NCBI GenBank assembly: GCA_965205075.1
Contig: OZ242036.1
Coordinates: 4,928,800 to 4,992,799, forward strand
Source of the DNA: Candidatus Poribacteria bacterium
GTDB lineage: Bacteria; Poribacteria; WGA-4E; PCPOR2b
Length of the DNA stretch: 64,000 nt
Reading direction: 5' to 3'
Numbering within the stretch: position 1 is the stretch's first letter; each line of letters begins with the position of its first letter. Positions 30,044 through 39,345 of this stretch are shown piece after piece. The notes beneath the pieces were generated by a model that saw only the letters and a program-made list of their open reading frames with translations, did no database searches and had not been told where the DNA came from. The position numbers were made by a program, and so were the translations under genes.

Positions 30044-31573
30044 GTGTTGAAGCAGGAAGATAGCATGGAGGCTTTAATGTCTACCAATCAGTCTATTAAC
30101 AATCCCAATGTTTCAACATTGGGAGCAGTCAAAAATGTCTTAGTCATTGATGATGATGAAAAAATCTGTTGGGCTTTTGAACAATTCTTGACAGATGAGG
30201 GGCACCGATCCATTATCGCTAACAATGCCGAGGAGGGCTTGCGAAAGATTCAGTCGGAAACTCCCGATATCGTTCTGCTCGATGTACGATTGCCCGGTAT
30301 GAATGGGCTTGAAGCATTGAAGCAGATCAAAGTTCTGCAGCCGGACGCAGTTGTGATTGTAATGACAGCATACGATAATGTGGAGACAACCATTCAAGCT
30401 ATGCAGCTGCATGCGTTTGATTTCATCCCCAAGCCAATAGATCTGGATCAGGTGAAAGCAATTTTCGATCGCGCCACACAGATGCAAGTTGAGCGCAGTA
30501 AAATGCCGCTCACTGAACCTCCCTCGGAGGAAGTCGAATTACCAGCGCAGCCACAGGAACATCGCTTAATCGGTAGAAGTCCACAGATGCAGGAGATTTA
30601 TAAACTAATCGGGATGATAGCGAATAACACCGTCACGGTGCTGATAGAAGGAGAGAGCGGAACAGGCAAAGAGTTAATCGCACACTCTATCCACTCCAAC
30701 AGTTCACGAAAGGATAAACGCTTCGTCCCTGTCAACTGCGGTGCACTTCCCGACGATCTGCTTGAAAGCGAACTCTTCGGCTATGAGGCGGGCGCATTTA
30801 CGGGAGCAAATGCCAAAGGTAAACCCGGCAGGTTTGAACTCGCAGATGGTGGGACCTTGTTTCTTGATGAGGTCAGTAATATGAGCCCAGTGCTACAGGT
30901 AAAACTGCAACGGGCTTTGCAGGAACAAGAAATAGAAAGGTTGGGCGGCACCCGTCCACTGAAAGTGGATGTGCGTATCATCGCTGCGACAAATCAGAAT
31001 CTTGCTGAAGAGGTCCGACTAGGCAAGTTTCGTGAAGATCTCTACTATCGCTTCAACCTGCTTTCAATTAACCTTCCACCCTTGCGCGAACGGGCTGCGG
31101 ATATCCCGCTGCTGGTCGATCACTTTCTACAGGCTGCCAGCGCCGAGGTTGGGCAAAACGTTCGAGGGATTTCACCGGGAGGTATAGAACTTTTACAGCA
31201 GTACGATTGGCCCGGAAATGTGCGGGAGCTAGAGAACACCGTTAAAAGCGCGACAGTCCTTTCACGGGCAGATGTCATTTTGCCAGAACACCTGCCGCCA
31301 GAAATTTTGAATTACAAAGGGAGGCGCGAATCAACCCAATCTCGTCTCGAAATAGTGCTTGAATCCGTATTGAAAGAAACCGTTAGAAACGCTGTGACAC
31401 AAGCGCATGAAACACTCTACGATGAAGTCATTGATGCCGTTGATCGTACGCTAATCAAATGCATCCTTGAGGCGGTCGAAGACAATCAGACGAAATCGGC
31501 AAAACTCCTAGGAATCAGCCGGACAACCTTATTGCAGAAGATAAAAAAATTGGGGATCGAAGTGAAAACATGA
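30044..31573 (+). CDS. sigma-54-dependent Fis-family response regulator (NtrC-like)
   Basis: Receiver domain (VLVIDDDE...DIVLLDVRLPGMNG), AAA+ sigma54-interaction domain (GESGTGKELIAHSIH, GAFTGA) and C-terminal Fis-type HTH. Confidence 0.85.
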   Translation: MLKQEDSMEALMSTNQSINNPNVSTLGAVKNVLVIDDDEKICWAFEQFLTDEGHRSIIANNAEEGLRKIQSETPDIVLLDVRLPGMNGLEALKQIKVLQPDAVVIVMTAYDNVETTIQAMQLHAFDFIPKPIDLDQVKAIFDRATQMQVERSKMPLTEPPSEEVELPAQPQEHRLIGRSPQMQEIYKLIGMIANNTVTVLIEGESGTGKELIAHSIHSNSSRKDKRFVPVNCGALPDDLLESELFGYEAGAFTGANAKGKPGRFELADGGTLFLDEVSNMSPVLQVKLQRALQEQEIERLGGTRPLKVDVRIIAATNQNLAEEVRLGKFREDLYYRFNLLSINLPPLRERAADIPLLVDHFLQAASAEVGQNVRGISPGGIELLQQYDWPGNVRELENTVKSATVLSRADVILPEHLPPEILNYKGRRESTQSRLEIVLESVLKETVRNAVTQAHETLYDEVIDAVDRTLIKCILEAVEDNQTKSAKLLGISRTTLLQKIKKLGIEVKT

Positions 31574-32289
31574 ACAGATGGCTGACACCTTTGATCACGT
31601 TTGTATTTCCTGCAAAATGCCGACGCTGTGAGACACCAATGGGTGTAGGTAAGGTGCATTATCTCTGTGATGACTGTTGGGAACAGATCGAATTACTCAA
31701 GCCGCCTTGGTGTCAGATTTGCGGGCTGCCTTGCTGGAGTACCGTTTGTGCAGATTGCCGCGAGCATCCCCCTCTATTTAGGAAGCTCCGAGCGATTGCC
31801 TTTTATGAACCCACCCTGCGCGAAGCTGTCCATCTGATGAAATATGAGAAGAAACAGGTTATCTCAAAACACCTGAACCAATTGCTGCAAACGTACCTTC
31901 CTGAAGATCTAGCCTCTATAGGCTACGATTTCCTGCTCCCAATCCCGCTCCACACGAATCGCCTTCGACAGCGAGGATTTAACCAAGCTGAACAAATTGC
32001 TCAAGGCGTCGCTCAGGTTTGGGGTGTGCCAGTCCGGACCGATATTCTCTTTCGTATTAGGGACACAGTCCCATTGAGTAGTCTGGGATCTTACGAAGAG
32101 CGGATGAAAAACATCGCCGGGGCTTTTGAAGTTCGGTCGCAGGATTCTATTCAGGGTCGGAAGATTCTACTGATTGATGATATTTTCACAACAGGGACAA
32201 CGATTAATGAAGCCCTCAAGGTTCTACAGGTTGCTAACCCTAACTGCGTCGATGTCCTGACACTAACCCGCACAAGACCATCACTATAA
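31570..32289 (+). CDS. ComF-family phosphoribosyltransferase-domain protein
   Basis: N-terminal Cys-rich zinc finger (CDDCW...CQICG...CADC) and C-terminal PRTase motif LLIDDIFTTGTT; the start overlaps the upstream stop. Confidence 0.75.
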   Translation: MNRWLTPLITFVFPAKCRRCETPMGVGKVHYLCDDCWEQIELLKPPWCQICGLPCWSTVCADCREHPPLFRKLRAIAFYEPTLREAVHLMKYEKKQVISKHLNQLLQTYLPEDLASIGYDFLLPIPLHTNRLRQRGFNQAEQIAQGVAQVWGVPVRTDILFRIRDTVPLSSLGSYEERMKNIAGAFEVRSQDSIQGRKILLIDDIFTTGTTINEALKVLQVANPNCVDVLTLTRTRPSL

Positions 32290-32635
32290 AAAAGTATAGA
32301 TCGGAAAGAAGACACGAGAGCTAAAATGCAAGAAGTTCATTTACCGATAAAAAAATACCAAACTATCACAATTATCGCTGCTGTGGTTGGATTCCTGCTA
32401 GGCGCACTAATTCCTGCCTTTGCCTTTGGTAAGGGGTACTGGTCGTGCCCATTTGGGGAGGGAGTGATACGCATCGGCGGGTTTGTTCTGTTGACAGGTA
32501 TTTTGACTTCGCTTCTTGCCGGCAATGCGGCTGCGCTTCTTGTGATTTTTATTGCGAGATTGTGCAGGTCGTCAGACAAACCGAAGTAGGAGCGAATTCC
32601 ATTCCCGACCTATTGCGATTCGGACGGTACGCCTT

Positions 32636-33415
32636 CTACAGGGAAGCTGATTGACCTCCATCAATGGTAATAACACTTCCGGTCATATATCGAGATGCGT
32701 CAGAAGCCAGCATTAGTAATACCCCGTCAAGGTCTTCAACCTGCCCAACTCGGCGTTGAGGAATGCGTTTAATCAGGCGTTGACCGGCCTGTGTGGTGAA
32801 GAATTGACGGTTCATATCGGTTTCAATATAACCGGGTGCAATGGTGTTAACCCGTATCTCATGTGGTGCCAACTCGATCGCCATCGCTCGCGTCAAGTTG
32901 ATGATACCGCCCTTGGAAGCGCAGTAGCCCGGCAATTGTGCGATCCCACGTTCTCCGAGCACCGATGCGATATTGATGATGCTCCCGCCCTGTCCGCGGT
33001 GAACCATACGCCGTGCGACCTCCTGAGCCATCAACCAAACGCCTTTGAGATTTGTGTCAAGCACCGAATCCCAATCCCCCTCGGTGTGTTCAAGCATCGG
33101 CTTGGTTACGGCTATCCCGGCGTTATTGACGAGGATATCAATTGGTCCGAGTGCATTCTCCGCCGTTTTGACGCACGCCCTAACGTTCTCTCCATCGGTA
33201 ACATCAACTTGGATAGCAACCGCACGACCGCCGAACCCTTCAATCTCCTTAACAGCCGTCTCCAACCGATCAATTCCACGGGCAGCCAGAACTACCTGCG
33301 CGCCTGCTCGCGCCAGTGTAAGTGCAAAATGACGCCCTAGACCCCGCGATGCACCGGTTACGATTGCACGTTGACCGGTGAGGTCAAACACAGAGGAAAC
33401 AGTTCCTTCTTCCAT
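32636..33415 (-). CDS. SDR-family oxidoreductase
   Basis: TGASRGLG Rossmann motif, NNAG and Y-x3-K catalytic motif (YCASKGG). Confidence 0.85.
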   Translation of the reverse strand: MEEGTVSSVFDLTGQRAIVTGASRGLGRHFALTLARAGAQVVLAARGIDRLETAVKEIEGFGGRAVAIQVDVTDGENVRACVKTAENALGPIDILVNNAGIAVTKPMLEHTEGDWDSVLDTNLKGVWLMAQEVARRMVHRGQGGSIINIASVLGERGIAQLPGYCASKGGIINLTRAMAIELAPHEIRVNTIAPGYIETDMNRQFFTTQAGQRLIKRIPQRRVGQVEDLDGVLLMLASDASRYMTGSVITIDGGQSASL

Positions 33416-33481
33416 CCTTCGGTTCCTCTCTTTCTCCGGACAGGCATAACCGTAACTCTTGAAACGGAATGCTCCGCTCCA

Positions 33482-34930
33482 CTATGTGTTATCCTCTATC
33501 CCTGCTGCTTGTTTAGCCAAGGATTTACACCGTTCCAAGTCATACTCTCGATAAATGGTAATCTTCTGCGCCTCAAGGGAACCTTCAGCGTGGATAGCAA
33601 GCAGTTCATTATAACCGCCAAAATCAGAGGCAGTCAGGTCCCGAATCAGGTTCACCAACTTGAGACGTTCTAACGTTGGAACACCTGCTGCCCCGCCCAA
33701 GTATTTTTCGATATAATCTCGGGTCTCAGGGTTTGTGACATCCTCCTCTGAAGGTCCAGTGACCACAAGCCCACCGGCGATATCCTGCACGGAGCTGACC
33801 ATCTGATGGTAGTTGCTAGCAAAGTAAAACTTGGCGACGTTGGTGATAATAGAATTGGGAATCGCTACGCCATCAATCTGGACGCAATCGACAGCGGCGG
33901 CTTTACTTAGGGCGCGAACTGTCTCGGCGTAGTTAATCAGGTGCATCAACTTCTCCCGAACATGGCTTGCGCGACTGATGCCGTTGTGCTCGGCGATTAG
34001 TGCAGCGGCACCGGTCAGGAGGTCACACAACGGTGGCTTGTAGGAAACCGCAGTAAACCTGTGGAATTGGACGAAGGTGGTGGCTAACCCACCCGCAAAA
34101 TCCCATTCTCCATTCATGAAGACCCGTTCTTTTGGAACGAAAACATCGTCGAAGATTGTAAGGCTTTCAATCATTCGGTGATGGGCACTGACAGGGTGAT
34201 GAAAATCGCTGGATGACGAGGCACCAAAGGGGCTGACAATCATTTTCAAGCCGGGGGTATTGGCGGGGACGGCAAAGGCGACAGCGTAATCTTTATCCTG
34301 TTCCGTCAGATTTCGTGTCGGCAGCACAATGATTTCGTCCACATAGGGAGCGCAGGTGGTATGCGCTTTCGCACCTCGGACGACTATCCCATCCTCCCGC
34401 TCTTCAACCACGCGCACGTAGTAATCCGGATGTGTCTGTTCGGAGGGCGCAAGGCTTCGATCTCCCTTCACATCGGTCTGCGCAACTGCCATACTGAGGT
34501 CTTCCCGCTGACAGTGCTGATGATACGCTTCTACCCGCTTAAGGTAATCCGTACCGTAACCCTCATCAATCCGCTTGGCGACCAAAGAAAGGGCAAAGAG
34601 CGCGTCTGTTCCGATCTCTTTGATTAGCAACACCACCCCACCGCCAAGCCGAGTGCTGGTTTCGATCATCTCGCGCCGTTTTAGCAAATCGTTTGTGTTG
34701 GTAGGGCTTACAAAATATCGGCTGATCGCTTCGCCCGTATCAGGAATTTTGACAGTCATCAGATCTTGATGCGCCGCATCCTCGGCAAGTGCAAAATCGA
34801 GCGAGGCGTGTTCCACCCCGACCCCCAAATCTGGATGGCGGGTGACATCCTCCACGCGATCTCCCTTAAAAAACAGGGTGCGCCCATCGTTCAAGCTCGC
34901 CTTGTATTCTTCCGCCGATCGAGTTGCCAT
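33482..34930 (-). CDS. 4-hydroxyphenylacetate 3-monooxygenase/4-hydroxybutyryl-CoA dehydratase (HpaB/AbfD) family protein
   Basis: 482 aa; acyl-CoA-dehydrogenase-like fold with the N-terminal region typical of the HpaB family (SAEEYKASLNDGRTLFFKGDRVEDVTRHP). Confidence 0.65.
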   Translation of the reverse strand: MATRSAEEYKASLNDGRTLFFKGDRVEDVTRHPDLGVGVEHASLDFALAEDAAHQDLMTVKIPDTGEAISRYFVSPTNTNDLLKRREMIETSTRLGGGVVLLIKEIGTDALFALSLVAKRIDEGYGTDYLKRVEAYHQHCQREDLSMAVAQTDVKGDRSLAPSEQTHPDYYVRVVEEREDGIVVRGAKAHTTCAPYVDEIIVLPTRNLTEQDKDYAVAFAVPANTPGLKMIVSPFGASSSSDFHHPVSAHHRMIESLTIFDDVFVPKERVFMNGEWDFAGGLATTFVQFHRFTAVSYKPPLCDLLTGAAALIAEHNGISRASHVREKLMHLINYAETVRALSKAAAVDCVQIDGVAIPNSIITNVAKFYFASNYHQMVSSVQDIAGGLVVTGPSEEDVTNPETRDYIEKYLGGAAGVPTLERLKLVNLIRDLTASDFGGYNELLAIHAEGSLEAQKITIYREYDLERCKSLAKQAAGIEDNT

Positions 34931-34957
34931 ATTCCACCCCTATTCCAATTTCTAATA

Positions 34958-36223
34958 TTATATTCCTAGGCTTTCGTTAATCTCCTGCTGATAGTCATCA
35001 ATTTGCTCGGCAAGCATTTCGTCAATGGTGACGATACGTCCAATTTCACCGGACTCCAGTATCCCGTAAGAGACAGCCACAGATCGCGTCCCCTGTGCGG
35101 CGTCCACTTCGACCGGATGCTCTCCCCCTATCGCTTGCGCAAAATCCCCATATTCGATAGCGATAATTTTTCGATCTATTTCAGGGAAGGGGAATTCGTA
35201 ACGCCACAGCCGATCCTCGCCCCACAAATCTGATGTCACAGCATCAAGCCGAAAATCGGGGACATACTCTAGGATCTTTTCATCATCGATAGGGGACTCG
35301 CCATCAATGTTTAGTACAATATTCCCCCCGCTGCGATCCCCCGGCAAACTCATCGAACCACGCGAACCGTAAACCTGTCGAGACCACACACCCTGACCGC
35401 GACCGGCATGGTCTTCGATGTACTGACCTACCGCCCCGTTTTTGAAAGTCAACGTTGCGTAAGCGGCATCCTCGGCGGTCGCTTCAAATTCAGCGGGCAT
35501 CTTTACTTGCCAGCGACCATAGACACCGCCGGGATTCGATCCAGCCTCGCCACCGCCTGCTGCGGGATTCTTGCGAATGGGTTCATGGAGTCTCGTCTTT
35601 GCGTAAACTGTTTCAATATCGCCGAGCAGGTACTCCATCATATCGGAGTGGTGGACACCGACATCGAGCAGTATACCACTTTGGTCTTTTTGGTGACGCC
35701 ATACAGAGATTAACATCCGGTCACCACCGCCGATAGCGTGATGGATGAGAAAGCGCGGAGTACCAATGATGCCGGCATCTATCAGCGCCTTCGCCAGGCG
35801 GTTGATAGGGTCCCGTCGATAGTTCTCCGCCACGCTTAAAATCGCGTCAGACCCTTCTGCTGCACGCGCTATGAGGTTACACGCACGGACGGTCAACCCC
35901 ATCGGTTTCTCGACCATCGTGTGCCAACCCCGCTCCAACGTCTCAACAGCAACTGTGTGGTGGTATCGCGGCGTTGTCGTCACATCAACCGCTTCAACAT
36001 TAAGTGCCGCCAGTCCCTCCAGATCTTCAACGACGGTTGGTCGCACCCCAAAATGTGTTGCCGCTTGATCGGCGAGGGATTCGGCGTTATCGCGTACCGG
36101 ATCGCACGCCCCGACAAACTCAAACCGTTCCCACCCTACACGATGCAGCTCCGCAAGCCCGTACAGGTGACGATGCCCCATACCTCCACAACCGACAATA
36201 GCTAATCGAATCTTCTCACTCAC
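34958..36223 (-). CDS. Gfo/Idh/MocA-family oxidoreductase
   Basis: N-terminal Rossmann motif IRLAIVGCGGMG and family-typical C-terminal alpha/beta domain. Confidence 0.8.
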   Translation of the reverse strand: MSEKIRLAIVGCGGMGHRHLYGLAELHRVGWERFEFVGACDPVRDNAESLADQAATHFGVRPTVVEDLEGLAALNVEAVDVTTTPRYHHTVAVETLERGWHTMVEKPMGLTVRACNLIARAAEGSDAILSVAENYRRDPINRLAKALIDAGIIGTPRFLIHHAIGGGDRMLISVWRHQKDQSGILLDVGVHHSDMMEYLLGDIETVYAKTRLHEPIRKNPAAGGGEAGSNPGGVYGRWQVKMPAEFEATAEDAAYATLTFKNGAVGQYIEDHAGRGQGVWSRQVYGSRGSMSLPGDRSGGNIVLNIDGESPIDDEKILEYVPDFRLDAVTSDLWGEDRLWRYEFPFPEIDRKIIAIEYGDFAQAIGGEHPVEVDAAQGTRSVAVSYGILESGEIGRIVTIDEMLAEQIDDYQQEINESLGI

Positions 36224-36421
36224 TGTTCTTCTCCCATTAAACCGAAATTAAGAATATCGTCCGCTCATTATAAAGAGGGTATGGACGGATGTCAATATCA
36301 AAAAGATCTGAGGTCGGCTCGGCAATCTATCGGAATTGACAATTGCCTTGCATTGCGACTGAGGTTTCTGATAAAATTTATGAATCAAATTGAACTAGCC
36401 TAATAAAGAAAGTGTGTTGGA

Positions 36422-36970
36422 ATGAAACGGGTGTGTGTATTCTGTGGATCAAGCATGGGCAGTAAACCGGCGTATGCCAAAGCCGCACGGCAGCTAGGTC
36501 GCGCACTAGCAAGTAGAAACCTTGGGCTTGTCTACGGCGGTACAGATGTCGGCACAATGGGTGAGCTTGCTAACGCTGCCCTTGAAACCGGCGGTGAAGT
36601 GATTGGTGTTGTACCTAGGATATTCATCGAAAGGAAAATTTCTCACGACGCGCTTTCCGACCTGCGAGTCGTTGACGCTATGCACGAGCGAAAAGGGCTG
36701 ATGGCTGAACTTTCGGATGCCTTTATCGCGCTACCCGGCGGCCTCGGCACAATTGATGAAATCTTTGAGATGGTGACATGGACGCAACTTGGTATACACC
36801 GAAAACCGTGCGGTTTTCTGAACGTTTGTGGGTATTACAGGAAGTTAGCCGATTTCCTCGATTATGCGGTCTCAGAGGGATTTATCAGAGAACCTCATCG
36901 TTCATTGATACTAGTCAATGAAAGCCCGGATGTGCTGCTCAAGCAGTTTGATGAGTTTCTGGCCCATTGA
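36422..36970 (+). CDS. LOG-family protein (cytokinin riboside 5'-monophosphate phosphoribohydrolase-like)
   Basis: Motifs VCVFCGSS, GLVYGG and the PGGxGTxDE equivalent (ALPGGLGTIDEIFE). Confidence 0.8.
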   Translation: MKRVCVFCGSSMGSKPAYAKAARQLGRALASRNLGLVYGGTDVGTMGELANAALETGGEVIGVVPRIFIERKISHDALSDLRVVDAMHERKGLMAELSDAFIALPGGLGTIDEIFEMVTWTQLGIHRKPCGFLNVCGYYRKLADFLDYAVSEGFIREPHRSLILVNESPDVLLKQFDEFLAH

Positions 36971-37003
36971 ATCGCTCATAGAATCACACCCAAGGAGAAT
37001 ATA

Positions 37004-38023
37004 ATGAAAGCTGCCGTTTTTGAAGAAACTGGAAAATTAAGCGTACAGAATAAACCGGTTCCGACTCTCGATTCAGGCGATGTCCTGATCAAAGTTGAGC
37101 TATGCGGTATCTGTGCATCTGACTTGGCAGCACTTAACGGGGACATCACCGACTACGCGCCACCCGTCGTGATGGGGCATGAACTCGCTGGGGTCGTCGT
37201 TGAAAGCCGACATCCCGATGTGGAAGTCGGTGAGAAGGTGACGGTAAATCCGATGCTCTCCTGCGGAAATTGCGACTATTGCCGGGCAGATCTCGACAAG
37301 TACTGCTCGAACATCGAGGGAATCGGACATGACATTGACGGCGGATATGCCGAATACCTTCGGATGCCGAAGCACGGGGTTGACACAGGCAAGCTCATCT
37401 CCGTACCGGATACGATTTCGCCAGAAGAGCTGATTTTTCTAGAGCCGTTGGGCTGTTGCATTAATGCGATGCGTGAAACAATTTTCGATAGAAGTGTCGC
37501 TATCCTCGGGGCGGGTCCCATTGGTTTGATGTTTGTGCAACTGACGAAAAAGGCGGGATTGCAGACCTTCGTCCTTGAGCCACTCGCACATCGGCGAAGT
37601 ACAGCAGATGAAGTCGGTGCAGACGCCACATTCGATATTACGGCGGAGCAGGTGGAAACACTCATCAAGCAGACCAACGGCGGTGTGGATACCGTCATCT
37701 CTGCAACGGTCAATGATCAGCGTGCGATAGATCTCGCCTTCAAGGTTGTGCGGCGCGGTGGCTGCGTGAATTTCTTCGGGCTGGCACCGGGTGGGCAGGA
37801 GCTGCGAATTAACCTTGAGCATTTTCATTACATGGGGCACAAACTGATGGCATCGTGGGCATTTTCGCGCTGGAGTTTGACTGAATCCCGCCAGCTGCTT
37901 ATTGACGATGAGATTAACCTCACGCCTCTGCTGACGGATCGGTTTCCGATTGAGGGAGTGGTTGAAGGGTTTGAAAATGCTCGGCAGCAACGTGGTGTGA
38001 AAAGCGTCTTGGTTGGCGGGTAA
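37004..38023 (+). CDS. zinc-dependent alcohol dehydrogenase family (threonine/sorbitol dehydrogenase-like)
   Basis: GHELAGVV catalytic-Zn motif, structural-Zn cysteines (CGNCDYC...C) and GAGPIGL NAD motif. Confidence 0.85.
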   Translation: MKAAVFEETGKLSVQNKPVPTLDSGDVLIKVELCGICASDLAALNGDITDYAPPVVMGHELAGVVVESRHPDVEVGEKVTVNPMLSCGNCDYCRADLDKYCSNIEGIGHDIDGGYAEYLRMPKHGVDTGKLISVPDTISPEELIFLEPLGCCINAMRETIFDRSVAILGAGPIGLMFVQLTKKAGLQTFVLEPLAHRRSTADEVGADATFDITAEQVETLIKQTNGGVDTVISATVNDQRAIDLAFKVVRRGGCVNFFGLAPGGQELRINLEHFHYMGHKLMASWAFSRWSLTESRQLLIDDEINLTPLLTDRFPIEGVVEGFENARQQRGVKSVLVGG

Positions 38024-38070
38024 ATGCACGAGCACTACCACGCCCAAGTCTTACTTGAAAATAAATCGCC

Positions 38071-38991
38071 ATGAACACATTAAAAGCCTATCTCGAATTA
38101 ATCCGCTATCCCCTTTTTGCCATCCCGATCGCTGCGACGCTGCCCGGTGCGCTGATTGCTTCGGGAGGTGAGTGGAATTGGCGAGTTGGACTGACATTGC
38201 TCGTCGCACTGCTAGGTTACTTCGCGGGCATGATGAAAAACGACTACTTCCACCGTGAGCAGGATGCCCTTGTGAACCCCGACCGCCCACTTCCGTCGCA
38301 CCGACTCACGCCTCGGCAGGTACTGATCACCGCAAGCAGCACCTACATCATCTGCGTCATCTTGGGATTCACGCTCCACATCAAAGCAGGGCTTCTGGTG
38401 GTTGCCCTTGTGATGATTTCCCATTCTTACAATGCCTTCTTCAAGGAACGCGGGATATTGGGAAGTATTAGCCTGCCCCTTGGCATCGGTCTACTCAACG
38501 TATTTGGTGCTCTCGCTGTAAGCGGAGGTGTGCCCCGTTTGGTCTGGTATGCGTTTGCTGCTACAACGCTCTACGATTGCGGGACACACATCACGACGAC
38601 CTTCAAAGATCTTGAACGGGATGAGAAACTCGGTATCACCACCACTCCCTTACAACTGGGAATCAAGTCAGCCCTTGCCTGCGCTGCTGTATCGACCATA
38701 TTGGCTTTTATCGTCGCCGTGTTGCCACATTGGCTTGAAGGGGTCAGTTGGCACTATACCCTATGGGTGGTCTTTGCGTTGCTCGCAACGAGTATTACCC
38801 GTCTGCCCCTTTACCTAAATCCAACTGAGAAAAACGGTTATCGCGCCCTGAAGGGCTCAATGGTGGGCGCCATCATATTTTTCCCCTGTCTCATCGGCGT
38901 TCAGATCTCCCTATGGAATTCTGCGCTTGTGATTTTGCCGTTGCTGCTTGTGACGATGATCTTACTAGAAGTGACGAAGCGGGAAGTATGA
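38071..38991 (+). CDS. UbiA-family aromatic prenyltransferase
   Basis: Polytopic membrane protein with the NDYFHREQDALVNPDRPLPS first Asp-rich motif. Confidence 0.75.
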   Translation: MNTLKAYLELIRYPLFAIPIAATLPGALIASGGEWNWRVGLTLLVALLGYFAGMMKNDYFHREQDALVNPDRPLPSHRLTPRQVLITASSTYIICVILGFTLHIKAGLLVVALVMISHSYNAFFKERGILGSISLPLGIGLLNVFGALAVSGGVPRLVWYAFAATTLYDCGTHITTTFKDLERDEKLGITTTPLQLGIKSALACAAVSTILAFIVAVLPHWLEGVSWHYTLWVVFALLATSITRLPLYLNPTEKNGYRALKGSMVGAIIFFPCLIGVQISLWNSALVILPLLLVTMILLEVTKREV

Positions 38992-39060
38992 GGCATTATG
39001 CGTCGTATTTAGTGGAATTTACAATAGACACGTAACCCCTTACAATACTGGGAGAAGCCA

Positions 39061-39324
39061 ATGGAAGTTGAAAATCCAAAATTCAAGCGGAAATTATTTC
39101 ACCTTGATGTGCTTATTGAAAAACAAACAGACTGTTATACTGCTCACTGTTTGCAATTGGATTTGGTCACTGATGGTGATACAAAGGCGGACGCGGAAGC
39201 GATGATTGTTGATGCGATTTCCGAGCAAATCACTTTTGCGATTGAAAACAATTTGATGGATCATCTTTTTCAACCGGCTGCCCCGGCAGAGTGGCGGAAA
39301 CTTTTGTATAGCAATCAAACATAA
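39061..39324 (+). CDS. HicB-like (UPF0150) antitoxin-fold protein, no adjacent hicA
   Basis: 87 aa; CYTAHCLQLDLVTDGDTKADAEAMIVDAI resembles the HicB N-terminal RNase-H-like fold motif. Confidence 0.4.
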   Translation: MEVENPKFKRKLFHLDVLIEKQTDCYTAHCLQLDLVTDGDTKADAEAMIVDAISEQITFAIENNLMDHLFQPAAPAEWRKLLYSNQT

Positions 39325-39345
39325 ACAAGTTGAGGACTAAAAGCT

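Noticed and set aside
32326-32589. 87-aa membrane ORF between comF-like gene and the minus-strand SDR gene
   Set aside because: It is hydrophobic and plausible but has no RBS or motif, and it overlaps a minus-strand ORF of equal length. It is left uncalled and mentioned only as a possible small membrane protein.
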